DNA of 56,696 nt from an uncultured Gammaproteobacteria bacterium (lineage in GTDB: Bacteria; Patescibacteriota; Microgenomatia; 2-02-FULL-39-11): positions 1 through 56,696 of the forward strand of contig CAYGXQ010000006.1 in assembly GCA_964354025.1 (NCBI GenBank), written 5' to 3'. Each line of letters begins with the position of its first letter. Position 1 is the stretch's first letter. A program made the position numbers and the translations under genes. The notes beneath the pieces are model-generated. The model worked only from the letters and a program-made list of their open reading frames with translations. It had not been told where the DNA came from and searched no databases. This document shows, one piece after another, positions 9,581-17,363 of this stretch.

Positions 9581-9628
9581 ATTTTCTTTTCACCTCCTTT
9601 CAAAATAGAATTTGTCCTCTTACTGCAC

Positions 9629-9666
9629 AAAAAAACACTCGAATCCGCCAGTTGGCGGATCGAGTG
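9629..9666 (-). terminator. Second leader terminator upstream of 9580
   Basis: CACTCGATCCGCCA-ac-TGGCGGATTCGAGTG-TTTTTTT. Confidence 0.7.
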
Positions 9667-9764
9667 CATCCTTTGGACAGAGGGCAGACAATAATTCATA
9701 TGGCAGTATTCGTTACTATTTTTCCGGTCAGAAAAATCCACCGGGCAGGTGTTCTTATATGGTG

Positions 9765-9820
9765 AAAAATAAAAGCAATCCTTCGACTATCTTAGGATTG
9801 CTTCCGTTTGCGGTCAGCAA
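9765..9820 (-). promoter_or_regulatory. Leader terminator overlapped by a conserved antiterminator-like hairpin (copy 2)
   Basis: TTGCT-GA-CCG-CAAA-CGG-A-AGCAA overlapping terminator AAGCAATCCT...AGGATTGCTT-TTATTTTT. Confidence 0.72.
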
Positions 9821-9831
9821 ACTCTATATCC

Positions 9832-9861
9832 ATAGTAGAACAATTTTTTTCACGCTGTCAA
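9832..9861 (-). promoter_or_regulatory. Sigma70-like promoter
   Basis: TTGACA-18-TACTAT just upstream of hairpin copy 2. Confidence 0.62.
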
Positions 9862-9933
9862 TAGGCAATTTTACTCTCCTTCGCCAGAAAGCTCTGGATG
9901 ATTTAGCCGGAGATTAATGGCGTTAGGGAGAGT

Positions 9934-9964
9934 TATCCGCCGAAGCCTTAGGCGAAGGCGGATA
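9934..9964. repeat. REP-like palindrome
   Basis: tatccgccgaagccttaggcgaaggcggata. Confidence 0.6.
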
Positions 9965-9979
9965 GTTCCGAAGAGTATG

Positions 9980-10303
9980 TTATTTATACACTGGTTCCAC
10001 CAAACCCTCTTTTTGACCGTTAACCGTAATCCCCAAAGACCATCCTAAAGTATTAGCTACTGCTATTCCGACCCGCAGTCCGGTATATGATCCGGGACCG
10101 GTATGGACGCGGATACCGGTCAGGTCTTTTGGTGTTAAATGATTAAGTTTTAGTATTTCCTCAATCATCGGCAATAAAACCTGCGAAGTCCAACTTTCAG
10201 TCTTTTGGATTAATTCCTTGCGTTTATCATCCATTTCCAGACTTACAATCACTTTCTTATTATCCGACGTGTCGATATAGAGAGAAATATTTTTATTTTT
10301 CAT
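9980..10303 (-). CDS. tsaB: t6A biosynthesis protein TsaB (short, N-terminal lobe only)
   Basis: LYIDTS and GPGSYTGLRVG; clustered with tsaC and tsaE. Confidence 0.88.
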   Translation of the reverse strand: MKNKNISLYIDTSDNKKVIVSLEMDDKRKELIQKTESWTSQVLLPMIEEILKLNHLTPKDLTGIRVHTGPGSYTGLRVGIAVANTLGWSLGITVNGQKEGLVEPVYK

Positions 10304-10310
10304 ACTAGTG

Positions 10311-10406
10311 TGTCATCCCGAGTCCGCCAGCTGGCGGATCCGAGGGATCTTCCAACTTGAGAAGATTCCTCCACTCATCCACTATCGTGGAATCGGTCGG
10401 AATGAC
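10311..10406. repeat. Palindromic MITE/RPE-like element (TGTCATCCCG...CGGAATGAC)
   Basis: Near-identical to 55335-55419; overlaps the tsaC 3' end. Confidence 0.85.
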
Positions 10407-10995
10407 TACGAGTAATTTTATAATCAATGTGAATGGCTCCTTGACGAATGATCTTCCACCGTGTGACCGAACAATCGACAACTGTCGATACGTGTCCCGT
10501 TTGGCATTCTCCCTTTACAACATAATCAACCAGCTTTATCAATTCCGGGTCAAGATCCTCATATTTATACGGTGTTTTCTGCCCGTGGAAGTTAGCCGAC
10601 GGTCCGAGAACCGGTACACCTGCCGACTTTATCAATTCCAAAGGAATAATATGATCAGGCATCCGTATTCCCAAAGTCTTACCATTTCCCCGAACCAAAG
10701 CCGGCACTTTCTCGCGTTTGCAATCGAAAATAATCGTCAAGGCGCCCGGCCAGTACTTTTGAACCAGTTTACGGATTTTATCCGGAAGAGGGGAGTACCA
10801 ATAATTTTGCGCCATCGAAAACGAATCGGCTAAAACCGGTGTCGCCTGACTTTCAGGCCTTTTTCGGATATTAAATAATCTTTCCACGGAATCAGGCTTG
10901 TCTATCCGGCAGCCGATTCCGTAAGCCGTATCTGTGGGAAAAATGACGATCCCGCCTTCTTTGATAATTTTTATCGCCTGTGTCAAATCAGTCAT
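10375..10995 (-). CDS. tsaC: Threonylcarbamoyl-AMP synthase (Sua5/YrdC)
   Basis: FPTDTAYGIG, WPGALT, GIRMP, PSAN, STVVD, RQGAI. Confidence 0.93.
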   Translation of the reverse strand: MTDLTQAIKIIKEGGIVIFPTDTAYGIGCRIDKPDSVERLFNIRKRPESQATPVLADSFSMAQNYWYSPLPDKIRKLVQKYWPGALTIIFDCKREKVPALVRGNGKTLGIRMPDHIIPLELIKSAGVPVLGPSANFHGQKTPYKYEDLDPELIKLVDYVVKGECQTGHVSTVVDCSVTRWKIIRQGAIHIDYKITRSHSDRFHDSG

Positions 10996-11419
10996 ACTTT
11001 ATGATGGAAATATTTCTTTCGTTTTCGCCAGTGATTAAAAACTTCACATCAATCCTTGCTTTAGGCAGCAGTTTACCCATTTTTTCGGCCCATTCAACAA
11101 GAACAATTGAATCAGGTTTATTAATAAATTCCGTCAGTCCGGTCGACTCAATCTCACCATCATTTGTCATCCGGTACAAGTCGGCGTGGTAAATGTTTTT
11201 TATTTTGGGATCAATAACCGGATAATGTCGCACAATAATAAAAGTAGGGGAGAGGATTCTCTTTTTTGGCAGGAAAAAATTAATTAATCCGGAAGTGAAG
11301 ACTGTTTTCCCCGCCCCTAATTCTCCATACAAGCAAATAACTTCACCCCCGCAAAGTTTCGATCCGAGCCCCTCCCCCAGTTTTTTGGTTTCTTCAATGG
11401 TTTTGGTCGTGTATTCCAT
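10988..11419 (-). CDS. tsaE: t6A ATPase TsaE
   Basis: GELGAGKT, SPTF, HADLYR, VEW. Confidence 0.94.
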   Translation of the reverse strand: MEYTTKTIEETKKLGEGLGSKLCGGEVICLYGELGAGKTVFTSGLINFFLPKKRILSPTFIIVRHYPVIDPKIKNIYHADLYRMTNDGEIESTGLTEFINKPDSIVLVEWAEKMGKLLPKARIDVKFLITGENERNISIIKYD

Positions 11420-11453
11420 TTTTGTTCTTTATTATAATGTATACTATCTATTT

Positions 11454-11930
11454 ATGCATACCAGAGAAGCGATTATTGAAGATTTACCGCAATTGGTTAT
11501 CCTTGGCCGCCGGCTTTTGGAAATGCATCTGTCTTTTGATCAGGAATATTACCAGTTAGAGGATAATTTCGACGAACTTTTCGGCAATTGGATTAAAGGA
11601 GAAATCAGCAAACCCAATTCGCTTCTGATGGTCGCTGAAGAAACAGAGCCTGAAAAGAAAATTATCGGTTTCCTCTCCGGTTTTATCAAATATCTGTATC
11701 CGTGGTTTCGGACCAAAAATGTCGGCCATATCGGCTACCTGATCGTGGATCCGGCTTTTCGGCAAAAAGGAGTCGGCAAAATCCTATCACTTGCAGCTGA
11801 TAACTGGTTTAAGGCAAAAAACGTCAATTATATCGAAGTCTATACTGACGAGAAAAACCAAATCGGGCAAATCGCCTGGGACGCCTACGGTTTCCTGCCT
11901 TTCAAGAAATTCCTAAGAAAAAAAATCTGA
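11454..11930 (+). CDS. GNAT acetyltransferase
   Basis: VDPAFRQKGVG acetyl-CoA motif; C-terminal GF. Confidence 0.85.
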   Translation: MHTREAIIEDLPQLVILGRRLLEMHLSFDQEYYQLEDNFDELFGNWIKGEISKPNSLLMVAEETEPEKKIIGFLSGFIKYLYPWFRTKNVGHIGYLIVDPAFRQKGVGKILSLAADNWFKAKNVNYIEVYTDEKNQIGQIAWDAYGFLPFKKFLRKKI

Positions 11931-12785
11931 TTTTCCCGACTGTTTATTTATCTGTCGGATGCTTAGGAAGACCGCTCCTATCATTAAGATTATTCCGCTT
12001 ATTATCAGAAAGATAATTATAAACTTCGGAATTCCATTACCGAAATTTTCTATTGCCTTTTTTTCCGACTGATCAGTCGCTTCTGAAATTACCTCGCCTA
12101 ATACATTTTCAGTTTTATCTTCGGCAATTGTCGTTTTCTGCTCTTCCATTTTTATACTATCAGTAGGGTTTAATTGCGAGATTGTTTTTATTGGAACAGT
12201 AACAACTGTTGCAGATGTTACGGTTTTATTCTGTACCGCTTCTTTTGTCATTATCGGTTTCGGCGTATTGGTCGGTTTAACCGTTGGTTTAACCGTCGGA
12301 ATTTTGGTCGGAGTCAATGTTGCCGGTGGAGCTATTATCTCTATATCCCAACTGTTATCTGACCAGTCATGGCTTTTACCGCTTGAAGTAAAACGGCCGA
12401 TTTTCACTAAATAATCTCCGCTTCCTTTAAAATCATTGTCCTGAACATCCGGCTTCCCTTTCAGTTTCCCGCTCCAACTGCCTTCCTCATCTGTGGTAAT
12501 TTGAAAAAAATTGTCAAAACTTTCACTATAGTTATGCCAACTGCCGTCGTTTTTTTGGGTATAACCGAAATATGCCGTTTTTCCGGAAACGGTAAATGCT
12601 GTCTGCAGATAATAAATCGTTTTCTTTTGTGATGACGAAAACGCGACTTCAATCTCCGCCTCCTCATCCAGATTTATTTTTTCCGGTCCTGATTTTATAT
12701 CTAAAGACATGGCGGCTGAAACGGAAGAATGAAAAAGGGGGAATAATAACAGGCTAATTGCTATTACAGTATATTTTAGTTTCAC
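11913..12785 (-). CDS. Secreted protein with P/T-rich stalk and C-terminal TM
   Basis: Likely GTG start at 12785 (the ORF-track extension runs through a MITE); signal peptide ending VSA; PTVKPT repeats; VLGE; TM. Confidence 0.75.
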   Translation of the reverse strand: MKLKYTVIAISLLLFPLFHSSVSAAMSLDIKSGPEKINLDEEAEIEVAFSSSQKKTIYYLQTAFTVSGKTAYFGYTQKNDGSWHNYSESFDNFFQITTDEEGSWSGKLKGKPDVQDNDFKGSGDYLVKIGRFTSSGKSHDWSDNSWDIEIIAPPATLTPTKIPTVKPTVKPTNTPKPIMTKEAVQNKTVTSATVVTVPIKTISQLNPTDSIKMEEQKTTIAEDKTENVLGEVISEATDQSEKKAIENFGNGIPKFIIIFLIISGIILMIGAVFLSIRQINKQSGKSDFFS

Positions 12786-12792
12786 TTTATTA

Positions 12793-12927
12793 CAGTAGTT
12801 ACACAATAAATATTGATTTAGATTGTCATTGCGATTCGCCAGCTGGCGAAGAAACAATCCCATCCGAGATTGCCACGTCCCGCATGACTGGCGGGACTCG
12901 CAATGACATGAGATTGTGTAAGTCCTG
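12793..12927. mobile_element. 135-bp MITE with nested GTCATTGCG...CGCAATGAC palindrome
   Basis: TIRs cagtagttacacaat / attgtgtaagtcctg (13/15); 7-bp direct repeat TTTATTA at 12786-12792 and 12928-12934; inner element 12824-12908. Confidence 0.8.
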
Positions 12928-12931
12928 TTTA

Positions 12932-14146
12932 TTACTGCAAATGCCAATACAACGTCATCTTGCCTTTGTCGTGGAAGATAAATACGCCGTTGCCGTTGGT
13001 CTGCCCGCCACGATAGGTATAAGCATTTCCTCCGTCAACGGCTTTGATCAGCGGATTGACGTCATCAAACATATCGATGCCGTTATGGATTCCCGACCGG
13101 TAATAAGCGTTGGAAACCGGCGTATGTCCGAAACATTGGGTAATTGAGGGATTTGCCATCGGCCATTCCCATGAACCGCCGCCAATCGATTTTTTTATGC
13201 TGCTGCCTACATCATCACAGGAATTGTTGATAAAAGTCAGTTGCCGGGAGACTAAATTATTGAAAGGATTTTCGTATCCCACGTCAAAATTGAACTTGTT
13301 CAGGTCATTTTCCGTCAGGTTGTAAACGGCAAAATGAAGATGCGGTCCGGTTGAAAAACCGGTATTGCCCATCACTCCGATAACGTCTCCCCTATTTACT
13401 TTTTTGGATACTCCGGCAAGAGATAAGATCGAGGCGGCTTTTTGGATTTCCTGCGCCTCTTTTTGGGCGGCCGCCAGATTTTGCTTATAAATTTTTTCGC
13501 TGTTTTTGGTGATTTCCAAAAAGACCTGTTTCTCTTTTTTCTGCTGGGCAAGAGTGGCTTCTTCCTTCTCCAGCTGTTTTTTTGCCGCGTCCAACTCTTT
13601 TCTCTTATCCTCACGCAAGGTTTTCTGGTCCTGGAAATTTATCTTGCTGTTTTGGAGTTGGAAGAGAAGTTTCCGATCATGCGCCTGAACCGTCTGGACG
13701 TATTTATACCTATTAATAAAGTCAGAAAAACGGTCGCTGGTCAAGATAAGGTCAATATTTGATATCCCGCCGTATTTGTATGTCGCCACAATCCTATCCA
13801 GAAAGATACCGGTAATTTTCGTGAGGGAGCTTTCCAAGTTTTCTATTTTTCCGGAAATCTGTTCTATCTCGTCCTCCAACTGCTTTATCTTCAATTTGGC
13901 AGACAGGATCTTGGTATTTGTCAGTTCTACTCTGGTATTCAAGTAAACCACTTGTGCCGCCATGCTTTCCCGTTGAGACGAACAGATATTGACGACATTG
14001 GTATAACAGGAAACTTTTTCATAAACTTCGCTTTTATCTTTACAGGGATCATCTTTCGGACACTCGGATAAAGCTAAAGTTTTTTGGGGAAATAAAAAGC
14101 TAATTAAAAAAAGGGTAAAAACTAAATATCGCCTGAATTTTCTCAT
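12932..14146 (-). CDS. Coiled-coil + M23 (LytM) peptidase, FtsEX-associated, with permuted motif order
   Basis: Signal peptide; PcsB/EnvC-like coiled coil; GNTGFSTGPHLHF precedes HNGID and YWHL. Confidence 0.85.
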   Translation of the reverse strand: MRKFRRYLVFTLFLISFLFPQKTLALSECPKDDPCKDKSEVYEKVSCYTNVVNICSSQRESMAAQVVYLNTRVELTNTKILSAKLKIKQLEDEIEQISGKIENLESSLTKITGIFLDRIVATYKYGGISNIDLILTSDRFSDFINRYKYVQTVQAHDRKLLFQLQNSKINFQDQKTLREDKRKELDAAKKQLEKEEATLAQQKKEKQVFLEITKNSEKIYKQNLAAAQKEAQEIQKAASILSLAGVSKKVNRGDVIGVMGNTGFSTGPHLHFAVYNLTENDLNKFNFDVGYENPFNNLVSRQLTFINNSCDDVGSSIKKSIGGGSWEWPMANPSITQCFGHTPVSNAYYRSGIHNGIDMFDDVNPLIKAVDGGNAYTYRGGQTNGNGVFIFHDKGKMTLYWHLQ

Positions 14147-14154
14147 ACATAACA

Positions 14155-15063
14155 TCAATACTTCATGTACCGTGAAACGGCAAATAAACTGCCAACCAAT
14201 CCAATTGCGAAGCCGCAAAGATGAAGGATGGCAAAAAGCAATAAAAATAGAGGTAAAGAAAACGGCCAGAGGTAAAGGGTAAAATTACCAACTGAAAACA
14301 AAACCAGTTGAGGTATCCCGCGCAAAAAAGAAGCGGCAAAAGGCTGAAGGTAAAGCATGATCAGACAAATAGAGATGAAAGATAAAAACGCGCCGGACAA
14401 TCCATAGGCAATCCCTTCTGAAATAAAAGGTTTTTTTATGTACCAGGGTGTTGCACCAACCAATTTCAGGATCTCTATTTCTTCTTTCCGGAAAGCAATT
14501 TTCATGCCGATACTCGTCAACAGAATAAAAAAAGTGGAAAACAGAAGAAAAAAAATGAAGACAAAACCGACCTTCCTGATCGTTGAAGTCCAGGAGATCA
14601 GCGTATCCACAACGTCTTTTTGAAAAACTACTTCATCGACGCCCGGTTCTTTTTTGACAATTTCCGCCAGTTCCGCCAGATATTGGGGATTTGTCGCCGT
14701 CACTTCCAAAGAGGAGGGTAAAATATCGGCCGTCACCATTTCCAAAAGAAGAGGATCGTTTTTATTCTGTTGACGGTAGATGGCAAGCGCCTGGTCTTTG
14801 GAGATATAATTGGATCCGGATAATTTACCGGTAGTCTTCAACTTCTCAACCAGTTTTGTGATCGTCTCCTGGTTTTTCTCATCCTTGAAAAAAACGGTCA
14901 GTTGGGGTTTGCTTTCAAAATAAGAAAGTATCGCCGAAGAACTGCCGGCCATAATGAGAAAGAAACCCATCACAAAAAGGGTAATAAAAATCATGAAAAC
15001 CGCCGCAATCACCTGATACGGTGTCCGGCGCATTCTTTGCCAAAAAGTTACTTTGGAAGTCAT
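14155..15063 (-). CDS. ftsX: Cell division permease FtsX
   Basis: 4-TM layout; EIEILKLVGATPWYIKKPF; next to ftsE. Confidence 0.92.
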   Translation of the reverse strand: MTSKVTFWQRMRRTPYQVIAAVFMIFITLFVMGFFLIMAGSSSAILSYFESKPQLTVFFKDEKNQETITKLVEKLKTTGKLSGSNYISKDQALAIYRQQNKNDPLLLEMVTADILPSSLEVTATNPQYLAELAEIVKKEPGVDEVVFQKDVVDTLISWTSTIRKVGFVFIFFLLFSTFFILLTSIGMKIAFRKEEIEILKLVGATPWYIKKPFISEGIAYGLSGAFLSFISICLIMLYLQPFAASFLRGIPQLVLFSVGNFTLYLWPFSLPLFLLLFAILHLCGFAIGLVGSLFAVSRYMKY

Positions 15064-15066
15064 ATT

Positions 15067-15741
15067 TTAATATCTGCTTTTTTTCTCATCTTTGATAATC
15101 TTGCCGTCTTTAAGCATTATGACTCTTTTTTTCAGACTGTTGACGATATCCACGTTATGTGTCGCCATCACTACGGTTGTACCCATCTTATTGATATCAC
15201 TGATAATTTTCAGGATTTCCCAAGATGTTTTCGGATCCAGGTTTCCGGTCGGTTCGTCAGCCAGAAGAATCTTAGCTTCACCGGCAATCGCCCGGCCGAT
15301 GGCTACCCTTTGTTGTTCGCCCAAAGACAGCTGTCCGGGAAAATAGTTTCCTTTATTTTCCAGCTTTACTATTTTTAAAACATTTTGAATTCTTTCCCAA
15401 GCCTCGTTCTCGGATTTTCCTAAAATTTCAAGTGTAACGGCGATATTTTCCGCCACTGTCCGGTCAACCAGCAGCTTGAAATCCTGAAACACCAGACTGA
15501 CTTTGCGTCGCAGGTATGGTAATTGACGTGAGGGCAAACGGTTGATCTCCCAATCGTCAAGAAAAATAGAACCGCCGGTCGGTAGTATGTCTTTGATAAG
15601 CAACCGAAGAATAGTTGTTTTCCCGGCTCCGGAATTGCCGATCAAAAAAACAAACTCGCCATTTCCGATTTTAAAACTGATATTATCCAAAGCGACATTA
15701 TCAATTGGATATTTTTTGCTGACACCTTCAAAAAGGATCAT
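15067..15741 (-). CDS. ftsE: Cell division ATPase FtsE
   Basis: GNSGAGKT, VFQDFKLL, LSLGEQQR, ADEPTGNLD. Confidence 0.93.
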   Translation of the reverse strand: MILFEGVSKKYPIDNVALDNISFKIGNGEFVFLIGNSGAGKTTILRLLIKDILPTGGSIFLDDWEINRLPSRQLPYLRRKVSLVFQDFKLLVDRTVAENIAVTLEILGKSENEAWERIQNVLKIVKLENKGNYFPGQLSLGEQQRVAIGRAIAGEAKILLADEPTGNLDPKTSWEILKIISDINKMGTTVVMATHNVDIVNSLKKRVIMLKDGKIIKDEKKSRY

Positions 15742-15760
15742 AAAGATAAGAGGATACAAC

Positions 15761-16249
15761 TTATTCTAATACTTCTACCTTGCCAACATCCATCAACCAT
15801 CCGGCTTTTTTGGCCGCGAAAGTTTGTCCCCAAACACGGACTTTTTTCCCTTCGTATTTGCTTAAATCCATAAACGATGAAGTGAGATAGACTGTCTGGG
15901 ATTCCCCGCCCAGACGTACTAGCTTATGGGTTCCTTCACCGCCCATTGATCCGGCCTCAAGCGTACCTTCCGTTGAATCGGAAAAAACCTGATTACCGGA
16001 AGAAGCAGCTTTTTGGGAATTATCTGTTCCGCCTGTTTGTGAAGTTGTTTTTTGGGAAATACCTTTCCCGCTTGCATGCAGCATATAACCGCTTAAAATA
16101 CCGACGAAGACGATCACTAATCCGCCAATCAGGATTTTATTTTGGAAAAAAGAACCGTTTTGGAACGTTTTTCCGAAATTTTGCACTTGAGGTTTAGAAG
16201 CGGTAAAAGATTTATTGAAGTTTATCTTCACATTCTCGTTGAATTTCAT
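15761..16249 (-). CDS. Single-TM hypothetical protein
   Basis: TM segment followed by a compact beta-rich C-terminal domain (GEGTHKL...GWLMDVG). Confidence 0.7.
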   Translation of the reverse strand: MKFNENVKINFNKSFTASKPQVQNFGKTFQNGSFFQNKILIGGLVIVFVGILSGYMLHASGKGISQKTTSQTGGTDNSQKAASSGNQVFSDSTEGTLEAGSMGGEGTHKLVRLGGESQTVYLTSSFMDLSKYEGKKVRVWGQTFAAKKAGWLMDVGKVEVLE

Positions 16250-16259
16250 ATACCTTATA

Positions 16260-17276
16260 CTATACGACAGTTGTAAATTTTTTCAAGTAGGCGATTATAA
16301 ACTGTTCTACTTGTCCGTCAAGTACACCCTTGCTGTCTGAAGTTTCGTAACCGGTCCTTGTGTCCTTCACCAGATGATAAGGATGTATAACGTACGATCT
16401 GATTTGGTTTCCCCAAGAGGCCATTTTGAAAGAACCTTTAAGATCGGAAAGATGCTTTACTTTTTGCTCTTCCATCAATCGCCAAAGTTTGCCGCGGAGA
16501 ATCTTTAAGGCAGTTTCCCGGTTTTGTCCCTGGTAGCGTTCCTCCTGACATTCAATAACAATTCCGGTCGGTTTATGACGCAGTCTTACTGCCGTTGAAA
16601 CTTTATTGACGTTTTGTCCGCCTTTGCCGCCGCTTCGGTAAAATTCCCATTCCAGATCGTCATCACGGATTTCCACTGCCTGGTTGTCTTCCAGGATCGG
16701 TAAAACCTCCACTAAAGCAAAAGATGTTTGCCGAAGTTTATCGGCATTAAAAGGCGATTGCCTGACCAGACGGTGGACACCGGCTTCCGCTTTTAGAAAC
16801 CCGTAAGCCAGGTTATCCGGGATATTGACAGTCACACTTTTTAAACCGGCCTCATCTCCGGAAATACTGTCAATAATTTCATGGGACCAGGCTTTTATTT
16901 CAAGAAAGCGGAGATACATCCGAAGAAGCATCTGAGTCCAATCCATTGCCTCAGTCCCCCCTTGCCCTGCGTGAATTGAAAGTATTGCTCCGTCGCTGTC
17001 ATGCGGCCCGGAGAAATAGAGGTTAAATTCTAATTCCCCAACTGCTTTTTCCGCTTCGGCAAGATTACCCGTTTCCAGCTTTTCCCTGATATTGTCGACA
17101 CTCTTTATTTGTTTGGTTAAAAAAGTCAATTCTTTCATTTTGGCGGACGATTTTTCACGGTCTGTCCAAAACAAAGGATCAGCTGATTCTTTTTCGATTG
17201 CGGCAATCTTTTCTTTTTTCTCAGCGATATTGAGTTTAACAATGATTTCCTCAAGTCTTTTTTTAAGTTCTTCCAT
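16260..17276 (-). CDS. prfB: Peptide chain release factor 2, no programmed frameshift
   Basis: [22 protein letters not shown]; continuous reading frame. Confidence 0.95.
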   Translation of the reverse strand: MEELKKRLEEIIVKLNIAEKKEKIAAIEKESADPLFWTDREKSSAKMKELTFLTKQIKSVDNIREKLETGNLAEAEKAVGELEFNLYFSGPHDSDGAILSIHAGQGGTEAMDWTQMLLRMYLRFLEIKAWSHEIIDSISGDEAGLKSVTVNIPDNLAYGFLKAEAGVHRLVRQSPFNADKLRQTSFALVEVLPILEDNQAVEIRDDDLEWEFYRSGGKGGQNVNKVSTAVRLRHKPTGIVIECQEERYQGQNRETALKILRGKLWRLMEEQKVKHLSDLKGSFKMASWGNQIRSYVIHPYHLVKDTRTGYETSDSKGVLDGQVEQFIIAYLKKFTTVV

Positions 17277-17363
17277 ATTATTTATATAATCTCACATTTT
17301 AAGATAAAGAAAAATCTCCTCTTGAATTTTGTAATTTTCCGGGAGTAGACTGTAAAGTATACC

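Noticed and set aside
8100-9830. Known riboswitch (ZTP, c-di-GMP, c-di-AMP, SAM)
   Set aside because: Consensus cores not found by eye and the conserved hairpin is only about 25 nt; an Rfam search is still needed.
9508-9917. Plus-strand ORFs 9508..9765 and 9612..9917
   Set aside because: Antisense to a structured leader; no protein features.
9980-10303. tsaB as a truncated pseudogene
   Set aside because: Clean ORF ending in a PxY motif; short TsaB forms are, to my knowledge, usual in this lineage.
12786-12947. N-terminal extension of ORF 11913..12947
   Set aside because: It translates a MITE; the signal peptide starts at GTG 12785.
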